A stretch of DNA of 64,000 bases, taken from Bacillota bacterium (GTDB lineage: Bacteria; Bacillota; Bacilli; Bacillales_A; Planococcaceae). Positions 1-9,062 of this stretch are shown in pieces. The notes under the pieces are model-generated. The model did not search any database. It saw only the letters and a program-made list of their open reading frames with translations, and had not been told where the DNA came from. Location of the stretch: the NCBI GenBank assembly GCA_018816185.1, contig JAHIWI010000115.1, positions 6,454 to 70,453 of the forward strand, given 5' to 3'. Positions within the stretch are counted from its first letter, which is position 1. Each line of letters begins with the position of its first letter. The position numbers and the translations under genes are program-made.

Positions 1-1296
1 TATGGGAATATATAGTTTTACAAAAAAAGCTTTTAACGTTGCGCTATATATAGATGAGATGTATTGAATGGGAGTCGATCGATAGATCCAAGACCCTTTG
101 TAAGTTCCAGAAAACTTCAACATATGAATGACCCCAGGAATCATCAGGTTACAGAAATAAAGAGCAAAATACGTTTTACCGTTTGATACCTCAGAAAGTG
201 AGTACATCCTCAAATCATTAAATACAAATAGTGCCGGAAGTAAGATGGATAATCCTAAGGCAGGATACACTCTCAATTTAAATTCCCGCTCTTGAGTCAT
301 CATTTTGGAAGCGAATCGGTAAAAGATTTGTTCTTCTTTCCTTCTACACATGATTTTTGAAAAGAACGAATCAATGCCAGCCCACTTCTTTTTATTGGAA
401 CCCGTCTCTGTCATTAGTTTTTGTAAATTCCGTTCAAAAGAAGGCATGACTCGATTGTACAGATAAAATGAGATTAGCGGCACACATATGGCAAGGCTTG
501 AAAAAACAATCATAGGTGTTGAGAACTGTTGATGTAATAACATCTCAAAAGGAGCACCATACCACAAAGCTGGAATGAATAGATGCCACCAACTAAATAC
601 ATACTCGACATCTATAGTGGCCAAATCAAATGAACGAAGTAGGATTTGATAGCCAATCACAATGCCCACTGATAAAAGAATTTGCACATAATTAATAATG
701 TCCTTTAGCCGCTCTCCATCGAAAAAGCGCAAGACGAGCAAATATAAAATAGCGGTTAAAACAACGACAAATATATTCACAATGATAATTTCAACTAAGA
801 AAATAAGCGAAAATCCAATTCCTTTTGTGAATAAACCGACCGCAAACGGTATTGCCACAAATGCACTCGTGATGAAACTCATATAGATGATGACATGGAT
901 GATCTTCGCAGCATTAATGGTCTTCCTACTAATCGGTTTGGTGTTTAAAATACTTTTATCTCTCAAATCGAGAAGAACTGTCGAAAAATCTGAAATCATG
1001 GAAGTCATGAGAATGAACAAAATTACACCAAAAACTAAACTCATTTGAAACATATAATTTTCGCCTAGGATAATAAAAGGAATCAAGATTAACCCATAAA
1101 AAGCATACAAAGCTAACGTTTTGAGATAAATACTGCCTTCCTTTTTAACTTCTCCATTAAAAATACTCGGTACGCGACGTTCATCTAACGTCAATTTCAC
1201 CTGCAAAATTCTTCTCATTACTGGATAGTCAATGTCTAACTTTATAAATAAAGCCTTGAAGGTATCTAAGATCCTTAACGAACGAAAATCATCCAT
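1..1296 (-). CDS. ABC transporter permease (partial, runs off window edge)
   Basis: Not in ORF track. ATG at 1296 overlaps the ATPase stop and reads MDDFRSLRILDTFKALFIKLDIDYPVMRRILQVKLTLDERR, followed by hydrophobic segments. Coupled to the ABC ATPase. Confidence 0.75.
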   Translation of the reverse strand, partial: MDDFRSLRILDTFKALFIKLDIDYPVMRRILQVKLTLDERRVPSIFNGEVKKEGSIYLKTLALYAFYGLILIPFIILGENYMFQMSLVFGVILFILMTSMISDFSTVLLDLRDKSILNTKPISRKTINAAKIIHVIIYMSFITSAFVAIPFAVGLFTKGIGFSLIFLVEIIIVNIFVVVLTAILYLLVLRFFDGERLKDIINYVQILLSVGIVIGYQILLRSFDLATIDVEYVFSWWHLFIPALWYGAPFEMLLHQQFSTPMIVFSSLAICVPLISFYLYNRVMPSFERNLQKLMTETGSNKKKWAGIDSFFSKIMCRRKEEQIFYRFASKMMTQEREFKLRVYPALGLSILLPALFVFNDLRMYSLSEVSNGKTYFALYFCNLMIPGVIHMLKFSGTYKGSWIYRSTPIQYISSIYSATLKAFFVKLYIPI

Positions 1297-2098
1297 TCGA
1301 TTGTCCCTCATTAACCTTCTCAACAAATTTTTCGGCAATACTCTTATGCTCATTGAATCCAGTTAACTGATTAAATATTTGCTCGAGAGATCCTTCTTTG
1401 CTTTGATTTTGCAATTCTTCAAAGGTACCGTCGGCAATAACTCTTCCTTCAGCCAACAAAATAATTCTACTACTGATTTTCTCAACAACGTCCATTATAT
1501 GAGACGAGTAAAATATCGTTTTCCCCTGGTTTGCAAGTTGAATCAAGATTTCTTTTATAATCATCATCGAATTGGCATCTAGTCCACTCAAAGGCTCATC
1601 CCAAAATAATAAATCAGGGTCATGCAATAAACTCGAGATGATTAATACTTTCTGCTTCATCCCTTTGGAATAAGATGAAATTCGGCTATGGAACACTTTC
1701 TCCATACCGAAATGATGCATTAAACTATAAGCCTTATGCTCAGCAAATTTTTGATCGAGCCCATAGAGCTCTCCCGTCAAAGTCAAGTACTCACTAGCTG
1801 TCAAATTGTCATAGACTTCAGCATTCTCCGGTACATAACCGATTTTTCTCTTATATGTATAGGTTCCAGTGGAAATATCTTCACCGAAAACTTCAATCTT
1901 GCCTTTATAACCCTCAAGGAGACCAAGCATTATTTTAACAGTCGTACTCTTTCCCGCTCCATTAGGTCCGATATAACCAATGATTTCTCCTCGATGCACT
2001 TCTAAATCAATTCCATTTAACACTTTTTTAGAGCCGTAACTCATGGTTAAATCTTTAATCGAAAGAACCTTTTCTGTTTGAACAATCATATCGTTCAC
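1289..2098 (-). CDS. ABC transporter ATP-binding protein
   Basis: Walker A GPNGAGKST, signature YSKGMKQK, Walker B LLFWDEP, H-loop SSH. Confidence 0.95.
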   Translation of the reverse strand: MNDMIVQTEKVLSIKDLTMSYGSKKVLNGIDLEVHRGEIIGYIGPNGAGKSTTVKIMLGLLEGYKGKIEVFGEDISTGTYTYKRKIGYVPENAEVYDNLTASEYLTLTGELYGLDQKFAEHKAYSLMHHFGMEKVFHSRISSYSKGMKQKVLIISSLLHDPDLLFWDEPLSGLDANSMMIIKEILIQLANQGKTIFYSSHIMDVVEKISSRIILLAEGRVIADGTFEELQNQSKEGSLEQIFNQLTGFNEHKSIAEKFVEKVNEGQSNG

Positions 2099-2262
2099 CT
2101 CAAAATCACATATTTATACTATTCTAACATATTGGATTTGGAATAGTTGCCATTATTTACCTAGATTTTAGACTCATGAATTCGCAGTGGATAAATTATT
2201 AATAGTAAGAAATGGTTAATGTTGGTATATTGAAAGGGGATATTTGTTTGAAGGAGGAGAAC

Positions 2263-2505
2263 ATGGGGACTTTATTTAGCGTGACTTTTTGGTTGTCTAT
2301 TATTTGTTCATTCATTGCTTTGTTTTATATAGCAATTGTACGAAGCTGGCAAAGCTTTTTAGCATTAGGGATTGCTTCATTCCCTCTTTCTTTATATTTA
2401 TTTTCAGGAGAACCGTCGATACAGTATGTAAGCTCATTTTCATTCATTTGTTTTGCTATTTCTTTATTTATATTCTGGAGAGAAAAGAGAAAAGCAATAT
2501 TTTGA
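2263..2505 (+). CDS. small membrane protein (about 3 TM)
   Basis: RBS AAGGAGG before ATG 2263; hydrophobic segments and basic C-terminus. Confidence 0.7.
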   Translation: MGTLFSVTFWLSIICSFIALFYIAIVRSWQSFLALGIASFPLSLYLFSGEPSIQYVSSFSFICFAISLFIFWREKRKAIF

Positions 2506-2542
2506 TTTAAGTTTTTTACTTTAGATGACTGGGGTGAGACTT

Positions 2543-2980
2543 TTGATAGGTAGAAAATTTTTATCTGCTATAGGATCTTGTATCGGTGTCATGATTATCT
2601 ATTTCATATTGGAACCATCCGGTTTTGTCATCTTCATAGCTATGTATTTACTTCCGATTCTTTTGTTTTATGGCTTACCTTCATCCATATTGTCTGATTG
2701 GATCACCAAAGAACTTAACGGAATCATTAGAGGAATCTCAGCGTTCGTGATACACCTTTTCCTTGCTGCTCTGTTCGTTATTGTCCCAATTCTGTTATTT
2801 TCTCAATGGGAAAGAGAATTATTAGTTTCCGATGTTAGAAGCTTGTTAGACAATTTCTTTTTTATTACCGCAATTCTTTCATCCTTTTTATTTTGGTTTA
2901 TTGATGAGTTTCTTAGATGTAATAAAACAAAAAGGAAATGGCATGTGTTTAAAGAGAGATTTGGTGATTTAAGAATTTAA
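2543..2980 (+). CDS. hypothetical membrane protein (about 4 TM)
   Basis: GGGGTG RBS before TTG 2543; hydrophobic ORF. Confidence 0.65.
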   Translation: MIGRKFLSAIGSCIGVMIIYFILEPSGFVIFIAMYLLPILLFYGLPSSILSDWITKELNGIIRGISAFVIHLFLAALFVIVPILLFSQWERELLVSDVRSLLDNFFFITAILSSFLFWFIDEFLRCNKTKRKWHVFKERFGDLRI

Positions 2981-3020
2981 TGCTGTGTATTGAATGACTA
3001 GTAATAGAGGTGAATTATAT

Positions 3021-3440
3021 ATGAGGTTTACAGATTTGGTAAATGAAACAGGTTATCATATTTCATTCGAACAAATTGTTGAATTAAGAACAAGTGAAGT
3101 GAGATTAAGGGTTATTGTGAATAAAAGCATGGAAACCACTGATTTACTTATACATCCCCATCCAGATAGTAATGTGAAGTCATTACAGATAGACTTTCCA
3201 AATTATATTACATACTCGGTCATCTATGATGATTATACGAATTGGAATGATGCCGAGCAGTTTCAGGGGGAGGCATTTCGAATTTATTCCAAGTCTAATT
3301 ACTTTGATTTTATTCAAAAAGAATCCAATTTAAAGGCGATAATGCCTGTTGAAAATCTCAAGCACTACTCCTTATCTTGTATTGAACACAAGGTTGATAT
3401 CATCTCCAAACATGAACCAGTTATCACAGAAATCAATTGA
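3021..3440 (+). CDS. hypothetical cytoplasmic protein
   Basis: RBS AGAGGTG before ATG 3021; 139-aa globular-looking ORF. Confidence 0.7.
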   Translation: MRFTDLVNETGYHISFEQIVELRTSEVRLRVIVNKSMETTDLLIHPHPDSNVKSLQIDFPNYITYSVIYDDYTNWNDAEQFQGEAFRIYSKSNYFDFIQKESNLKAIMPVENLKHYSLSCIEHKVDIISKHEPVITEIN

Positions 3441-3468
3441 ACTAAAAAAGCTTGGAGTGTGGAGAATC

Positions 3469-4035
3469 TTGAAAATAAAGAAACGCTATATCATGTTCAG
3501 TGTATTAATTTTACTTGTTTTATATGTCGTTCATTTAAATGGTTACAGGTTAACTGAAGAGTCTGCAATCCGAAATTCTTATCCCAATCAAAGTGGGGAA
3601 GTTGTTTATGAAAAAGAATTTGATCAAAAGAAAGTGGTCATTTGGGATGCCGGCACTGCAAAGTATGTAAAATTAATAAACAAGGACTGGGGTATCTTAC
3701 ATCGAGCAACTGTGATTAGTGGTATTGGTGGTACAACACTTGATGAAAAAATGAAATTTAATTGGAATTCTACTTTAAAGGAAGACAAATATTATGACAC
3801 ATTATTTGCAGTAGAGGTTCTAGACACAAAGATAGTGAAAGTTATTGTTAGTAATGAACGTAATAATGAAAAAGCTTTATCCCTAGATGAAGCGAAAGAG
3901 CAATCCACTATGTATGTAGAGATGGATGTTATAAATGGGTATGCAGCACATTATCGTTATTTACACACTTCTGATGTTGGAGCATTTATTTTTCGCGGAT
4001 TAGATTCCGAGGGCAATGTTTTGTCCATCCAATAA
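3469..4035 (+). CDS. hypothetical membrane-anchored extracytoplasmic protein
   Basis: GGAG before TTG 3469; basic N-terminus plus one TM helix (KKRYIMFSVLILLVLYVV). Confidence 0.7.
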   Translation: MKIKKRYIMFSVLILLVLYVVHLNGYRLTEESAIRNSYPNQSGEVVYEKEFDQKKVVIWDAGTAKYVKLINKDWGILHRATVISGIGGTTLDEKMKFNWNSTLKEDKYYDTLFAVEVLDTKIVKVIVSNERNNEKALSLDEAKEQSTMYVEMDVINGYAAHYRYLHTSDVGAFIFRGLDSEGNVLSIQ

Positions 4036-4167
4036 AAAGCTAGATCTATAGCCGAATTGCTTATACATATAAAATAGGAATCCAGTTATCAATATAATTG
4101 GATTCCTTTTTACTTTTACTAGCGCGTGTCTTTTTATTAACCAATTACATGAATAAAATTTTTAATG

Positions 4168-4200
4168 AAAAAAGCCGCCCAATTCGGACGGCTTTTTTTT
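4168..4200. terminator. bidirectional rho-independent terminator
   Basis: AAAAAAGCCGCCC-AATT-CGGACGGCTTTTTTTT between convergent genes. Confidence 0.8.
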
Positions 4201-6664
4201 ATTGCGCAAACCATGCTTGATAATAACGGCTTATCGCAACAGCATAATCGCCTCTTGTAACTTTTTGATCCGGTGAAAATACTGCTTCAATTTTTGGTTC
4301 TAAATCATATGGTCCTTGAGTGACATTGAATTGTGCATTTAATATATTTAAGTCTAAAGCTGACTGTACATAACCTTTTAGAGCTACTGGTATCAAGTTG
4401 CTATCTTTAAGAGCTACTCTCTCTCCATTGAAAAGGACTGAGACTTCTCCAGAATGAGCTTTTGCTTGTTGCTCTAATCCTAGTGCTTGAACTAAAGAGT
4501 AAGCTAGTTCTGCTTTGTTAACTGCACCCTTGGAATTAAATTTACCTAAATTGTTAAGTTGCATCACACCTTTATTGTTTTGACTTGCGTCACGGATAGA
4601 TGCTCCTTTAGCAACAACAGCTTGAACGAACTCAACATCATCTCCACTTACATCACTTAAAGTAACATTTTGATTTTGACGTATGCCGGCGCCCATAACT
4701 AGTGAACGTGCAAGTTCTTTACGTATAAGGTTTTGATTTGGTTTAAAAGTGCCATCTTGATATCCATCCATTAATCTTTCATTTACCGCCATTTGAATGG
4801 CTGAAGCAGCTGCATGACCTTCTATATCAGATAGACCAGTAAAGCCACTGACTTTTGTAAACGCTAACGATCCTTTCACAGTTTCCGGGAATGAGACACC
4901 AACTGGGTTTTCAATCGTTCCTCTCATGCCTCGAATTTCTGCAGTCCATTGTCCTTCTTTAGGTGAATTAACCGATACGGTTCGGTCTGTACTTAAAGTA
5001 AACAATAAACTAATACCCGAACTATACTCTGTACCATCTGGTGCGACTAATATTAAATTAATGGGATTTCCAGTTTCACCTAGTAATCCTGCTGCATTTA
5101 TTTTTGCATTCAATTGAGAAACTCCAGCTTCTACATTAAACGTGTATTTATTTGAAGCAGTTACCGCAGGATTGAAAGCTATTTCAAATGGTGTTCTTTC
5201 AGTTGTTGCATCTACATTGCTATTAAAAGTTTGATTTGAATTGACGGTACTTCCATAAACGGTACCAAACATGACGCTATCAATTGCTGCGTAAGCATTT
5301 AAATAACCAGTACCTACTTCCCAGGTTTCATATCCTGGCATATTAGTTGCTGTTGCCTGTAATACTTCTTTGATATCGTCTGGTGATAATAAAGGATTGG
5401 CTTCAAGTAACAATGCAACAACACCAGCAACGTGTGGTGTAGCCATTGATGTACCGCTCATTGTCGTGTAGAAAGGAAGATGAGCTGGTGCAATCATTTC
5501 TGCATCTTCTGCTGCACCTAAAGATGCTACTGGACCAATCACTCGGGTTGAAATAATATTGACCCCAGGTGCCGTAACAGTTGGACGATCTTCCCAAGTC
5601 CAAGTATTTCCATCCATTTCAAACGTTCCACCTACACCTTTTGTTCCTCTAGATGAAAAATCTGCAAGTGTACCATCTTTCTCTCCAGCTCCCACTGATA
5701 TAACCCATGGTGCTTTGGCGTATGGATTATGAGTATTCTCACTTGGCCCCTCATTACCAGCAGCAAAAAGAACAGTGATTCCACGATCATACGCTGCTTT
5801 ACTAGCTACGTTAATTGGATGATCCGGGACAAAGTCGCCTGACGAACCCCAAGAATTTGTAATCACGCGAATATTGTATTGAGACTGATGAGTAATTGCA
5901 TAATCAAACCCACCAATTCCATCTAAAACGAATAATGCTGCACCAGAACCATATCCAACTAGATCAGCTCCTGGTGCGGCTCCTTCATATTTCCCACTTG
6001 AGCTTGCACCTGTTCCTCCAACTGTTCCAGCAACATGTGTACCATGCCCAGAATTCGTATCGGTATTTGGAATGTTCTCTGTATAGGTTACAGGTAATAA
6101 TTGTGAGTCAAGACTATTTAAGTTGGTACTTCCCATAACATTTTGGACAAGATTTTTTCCGAATTCATGGTCTTTATGAGTTCCATCTACACCACTGTCA
6201 TTAACTACAACGCCAATACCTTTACCCGATAAAGGAAATCCATTGTTTGCTTTTTGCATATCCACATCCGTTCGTGCTTTGTCGACGCCTGTTATTTGCG
6301 TTGCATCTGCGTTTGAGTAGTTTAATTTACTATTTAAGTAAAGAGATTTTACACCATCTGATGAAGCTAATTGATTCACTTGCTCTTTTGTTGCTAGAAC
6401 TCCAGCGATAGGTAACGCCTTCATTGTAACGCCAGTAGAAATTTCAAGACTTTTTAAAAGATTGATTTGTTCATTTGTTGGCGCTCCGTTCCCTTCAAAA
6501 GTGACGATCACTTGCAAAGGACCTGTTGCATTTTCAAGCGCTTCTTTCAATTTAGAATCCATTGTGACTGTTGAGGCAGCCTTCACCTCAGTAAAACTTG
6601 TTCCACTAAATAAAATCGACACAATCATTAATAAACTAATAAATCCATATAGAGATTTTTTCAT
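4199..6664 (-). CDS. S8 subtilisin-like serine protease with C-terminal beta domain and SLH (S-layer homology) repeats
   Basis: Signal peptide and propeptide; catalytic motifs VNDSGVDGTH, HGTHVAG, GTSMATPHVAG; SLH-like motifs LSDIEGHAA...GYQDGTFKPNQNLIRKE and VTRGDYA. Confidence 0.92.
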   Translation of the reverse strand: MKKSLYGFISLLMIVSILFSGTSFTEVKAASTVTMDSKLKEALENATGPLQVIVTFEGNGAPTNEQINLLKSLEISTGVTMKALPIAGVLATKEQVNQLASSDGVKSLYLNSKLNYSNADATQITGVDKARTDVDMQKANNGFPLSGKGIGVVVNDSGVDGTHKDHEFGKNLVQNVMGSTNLNSLDSQLLPVTYTENIPNTDTNSGHGTHVAGTVGGTGASSSGKYEGAAPGADLVGYGSGAALFVLDGIGGFDYAITHQSQYNIRVITNSWGSSGDFVPDHPINVASKAAYDRGITVLFAAGNEGPSENTHNPYAKAPWVISVGAGEKDGTLADFSSRGTKGVGGTFEMDGNTWTWEDRPTVTAPGVNIISTRVIGPVASLGAAEDAEMIAPAHLPFYTTMSGTSMATPHVAGVVALLLEANPLLSPDDIKEVLQATATNMPGYETWEVGTGYLNAYAAIDSVMFGTVYGSTVNSNQTFNSNVDATTERTPFEIAFNPAVTASNKYTFNVEAGVSQLNAKINAAGLLGETGNPINLILVAPDGTEYSSGISLLFTLSTDRTVSVNSPKEGQWTAEIRGMRGTIENPVGVSFPETVKGSLAFTKVSGFTGLSDIEGHAAASAIQMAVNERLMDGYQDGTFKPNQNLIRKELARSLVMGAGIRQNQNVTLSDVSGDDVEFVQAVVAKGASIRDASQNNKGVMQLNNLGKFNSKGAVNKAELAYSLVQALGLEQQAKAHSGEVSVLFNGERVALKDSNLIPVALKGYVQSALDLNILNAQFNVTQGPYDLEPKIEAVFSPDQKVTRGDYAVAISRYYQAWFAQ

Positions 6665-6703
6665 TTTCCAAAAACTCCTCTCAATCTATTTGCTTCTTAA
6701 TCT

Positions 6704-6790
6704 TATTATCTGAAAATTAAATGAATTTTCATATTCCACCAAGGTTGTAAATAAGGATTTAAAAGTACTATCTTTTTGTCGTACAAAAGA
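6704..6790 (-). promoter_or_regulatory. protease 1 promoter: CodY-like box, -10 TGGAAT, putative response-regulator box AAGATAGTAC
   Basis: AATTTTCAGATAATA at 6704-6718 (13/15 to CodY consensus); GTACTATCTT at 6765-6774 is shared with the second protease promoter. Confidence 0.5.
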
Positions 6791-6871
6791 TATAGAGATT
6801 CTATTTTGAAACCTAAATTTTTGCACATAAAAAATCCCCCGTAAAAACTACGAGGAATTTTGAACAACAAT

Positions 6872-8296
6872 TTATTGTGGAATTACCATCTTGAAAGCCG
6901 AATTTACAGCTTCATAGGCATTTACGTAACCAGATCCAGTTTCCCATATTTCATAACCCGGCATATTTGTCGCTGATTGCTCAATTATTTGTTTCACTTC
7001 AAGTGGTGAAAGAGAAGGATTTGCATCTAACATTAATGCAACAATACCAGCTACATGTGGTGCAGCCATTGACGTACCACTCATGGTCGTATAAAAAGGA
7101 ATGTAAGCTGGAGGTATCATTTCTACATCCGCAGGGGCTCCTAAAGATGCCACTGGTGAAATTACACGCGTAGAAATAATATCTTTACCAGGGGCAGTAA
7201 CGGTTGGACGATCCTCCCAGTTCCATGTTTCTCCATCTACCTCAACACTTCCACCTTTACCTTTGACTCCTCGAGATGAAAAATCAGCTAATTGTCCTTG
7301 CTTGGTACCCGCTGCTACAGTAATTACCCAAGGAGCTTTTTTGTAATTTCCTGAAATCGTTGAATCTGATGGGCCCGAGTTTCCTGCTGAAAATACAGTA
7401 ACAATACCACGATCATACAACGCTTTAGTTGCAACATTTATAGGATTGTATGGATCAAAATCCGTACCTGAATCACTTGTATCTCCCCATGAATTGGTGA
7501 TGACTCGAATATTGTATTGACTTTGGTGAGTCAATGCATAATCAAACCCACCAATCGTATCAAGCATAGCAATCGCTGCACCTGACCCGTAACCAATTAA
7601 TTGTGCTTCCGGAGCAACTCCTTCATATTCTCCGGCGGACATCGTGCCAGTTGCTCCTACAATTCCCGCTACATGTGTCCCATGACCAGAACTTGTATCC
7701 GTATTTAGAACATTTTCTAGATACGTAACAGGAAGCAGGTCACTTTGTGCATGCAAATTTATCCCACCTAGAACATTTTGGACTACATGTGGTCCAAATT
7801 CTAAATCTTTATGTGTAGCATCCACTCCACTGTCGTTAATAACTACACCTATTCCCTTACCACTAACCGGCAATCCTTCGTTTGCATTTTTAAATTGATT
7901 GTCATTTCGAACACGGTCAACGCCTGTCAGTTCCGTCGCTTCTTTATTTTCATACTGCAATTTTCTATTATCATAAATTGAAAATACATGTTCGTTTGTG
8001 GCAAGTGCTTCAACTTGTGATTTTGTAGCTAAAATACCTGCAATCGGCAGATTTTTCATAACAGATCCATTGGTAATACCAATATCTTTTAAAATACTTA
8101 AAATTTCTTCTTGTGATTTATGGTTTTTCTTAAATGTAACGATTACTTCAAAGATCTCTGTGTTTTTTTCCAGTTTATTTAATAATTTCGAATCTACTAC
8201 TGCAGTTAAACTATTGGCATCACCTACCATAGGTTTTGGAGAGGTCACTAAAGCCAGAACTAACACGACTAATACAAATATTTTTCCTAATCTCAA
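6872..8296 (-). CDS. secreted S8 subtilisin-like serine protease (no SLH domains)
   Basis: Signal peptide; INDSGVDATH, HGTHVAG, GTSMAAPHVAG; clear paralog of 4199-6664. Confidence 0.92.
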   Translation of the reverse strand: MRLGKIFVLVVLVLALVTSPKPMVGDANSLTAVVDSKLLNKLEKNTEIFEVIVTFKKNHKSQEEILSILKDIGITNGSVMKNLPIAGILATKSQVEALATNEHVFSIYDNRKLQYENKEATELTGVDRVRNDNQFKNANEGLPVSGKGIGVVINDSGVDATHKDLEFGPHVVQNVLGGINLHAQSDLLPVTYLENVLNTDTSSGHGTHVAGIVGATGTMSAGEYEGVAPEAQLIGYGSGAAIAMLDTIGGFDYALTHQSQYNIRVITNSWGDTSDSGTDFDPYNPINVATKALYDRGIVTVFSAGNSGPSDSTISGNYKKAPWVITVAAGTKQGQLADFSSRGVKGKGGSVEVDGETWNWEDRPTVTAPGKDIISTRVISPVASLGAPADVEMIPPAYIPFYTTMSGTSMAAPHVAGIVALMLDANPSLSPLEVKQIIEQSATNMPGYEIWETGSGYVNAYEAVNSAFKMVIPQ

Positions 8297-8342
8297 TATA
8301 ATCGCCTCTTTCTCGGAATTTTCAATCTATAATTATTGTGAC

Positions 8343-8420
8343 ATTTTTCAGATAAAAACCAATTCTACGGGAGGCATATATTTAAATAATCAATGTACTA
8401 TCTTGACTAATTCCAAAGTA
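8343..8420 (-). promoter_or_regulatory. protease 2 promoter: -10 TAGAAT and putative response-regulator box AAGATAGTAC
   Basis: GTACTATCTT at 8395-8404 lies 27 nt from the -10 (26 nt in the other promoter). Confidence 0.5.
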
Positions 8421-9062
8421 TTACGGTAAATGGACTAACTGATGTTGGACAGCATATATCACCACTTGTGAACGACTTTTTACATCTAACTTTTTGAAAA
8501 TTTTACTGACATGTATCTTAACCGTTTTATCACTTATAAAGAGTGCTTGAGCAATATCTTTGTTATTCATACCTTGGACAAGACAATTAAGTACTTCCAT
8601 TTCTCTTTCTGTCAAAGCACTTTTATTTTTCTCATTTACAGATGCTTGTTGATTGAAATTAAGAAATTTCTTAGTCATGGATGAATGAATGACCGATTGT
8701 CCTTTTGAAACAGAACGAATTGCATCGACGACATGTTGGGAAGGAGCATCCTTCAATAAATATCCATCAGCTCCTTCCCGGATAGCCGAGATGAAATATT
8801 CATCATGATCATACATAGTTAAGATTAAAATTTTTATTTCTGGATGATTTTTTTTGATTATTTTTGTCACTTCAATTCCATTTTTATCAGGTATATTGAT
8901 ATCCATTAAAATTACTTCAGGTAAATATAACTCCACCTTTTCAATAGCATCATTTCCTGAAATGGCTTCTCCTACAACTTCAATATCCGTTTCCATTCCT
9001 AAAATATTTTTTAATCCATCACGTAATACTGCATGATCATCAACTAGCATTAGTCTAATCAA
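8421..9062 (-). CDS. NarL/LuxR-family response regulator
   Basis: LVDDH, ILMDINIP (phospho-Asp), GYLLK, LTEREMEVL...TVKIHVSKIFKKL HTH; TTG start after G-rich RBS. Confidence 0.95.
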   Translation of the reverse strand: MIRLMLVDDHAVLRDGLKNILGMETDIEVVGEAISGNDAIEKVELYLPEVILMDINIPDKNGIEVTKIIKKNHPEIKILILTMYDHDEYFISAIREGADGYLLKDAPSQHVVDAIRSVSKGQSVIHSSMTKKFLNFNQQASVNEKNKSALTEREMEVLNCLVQGMNNKDIAQALFISDKTVKIHVSKIFKKLDVKSRSQVVIYAVQHQLVHLP

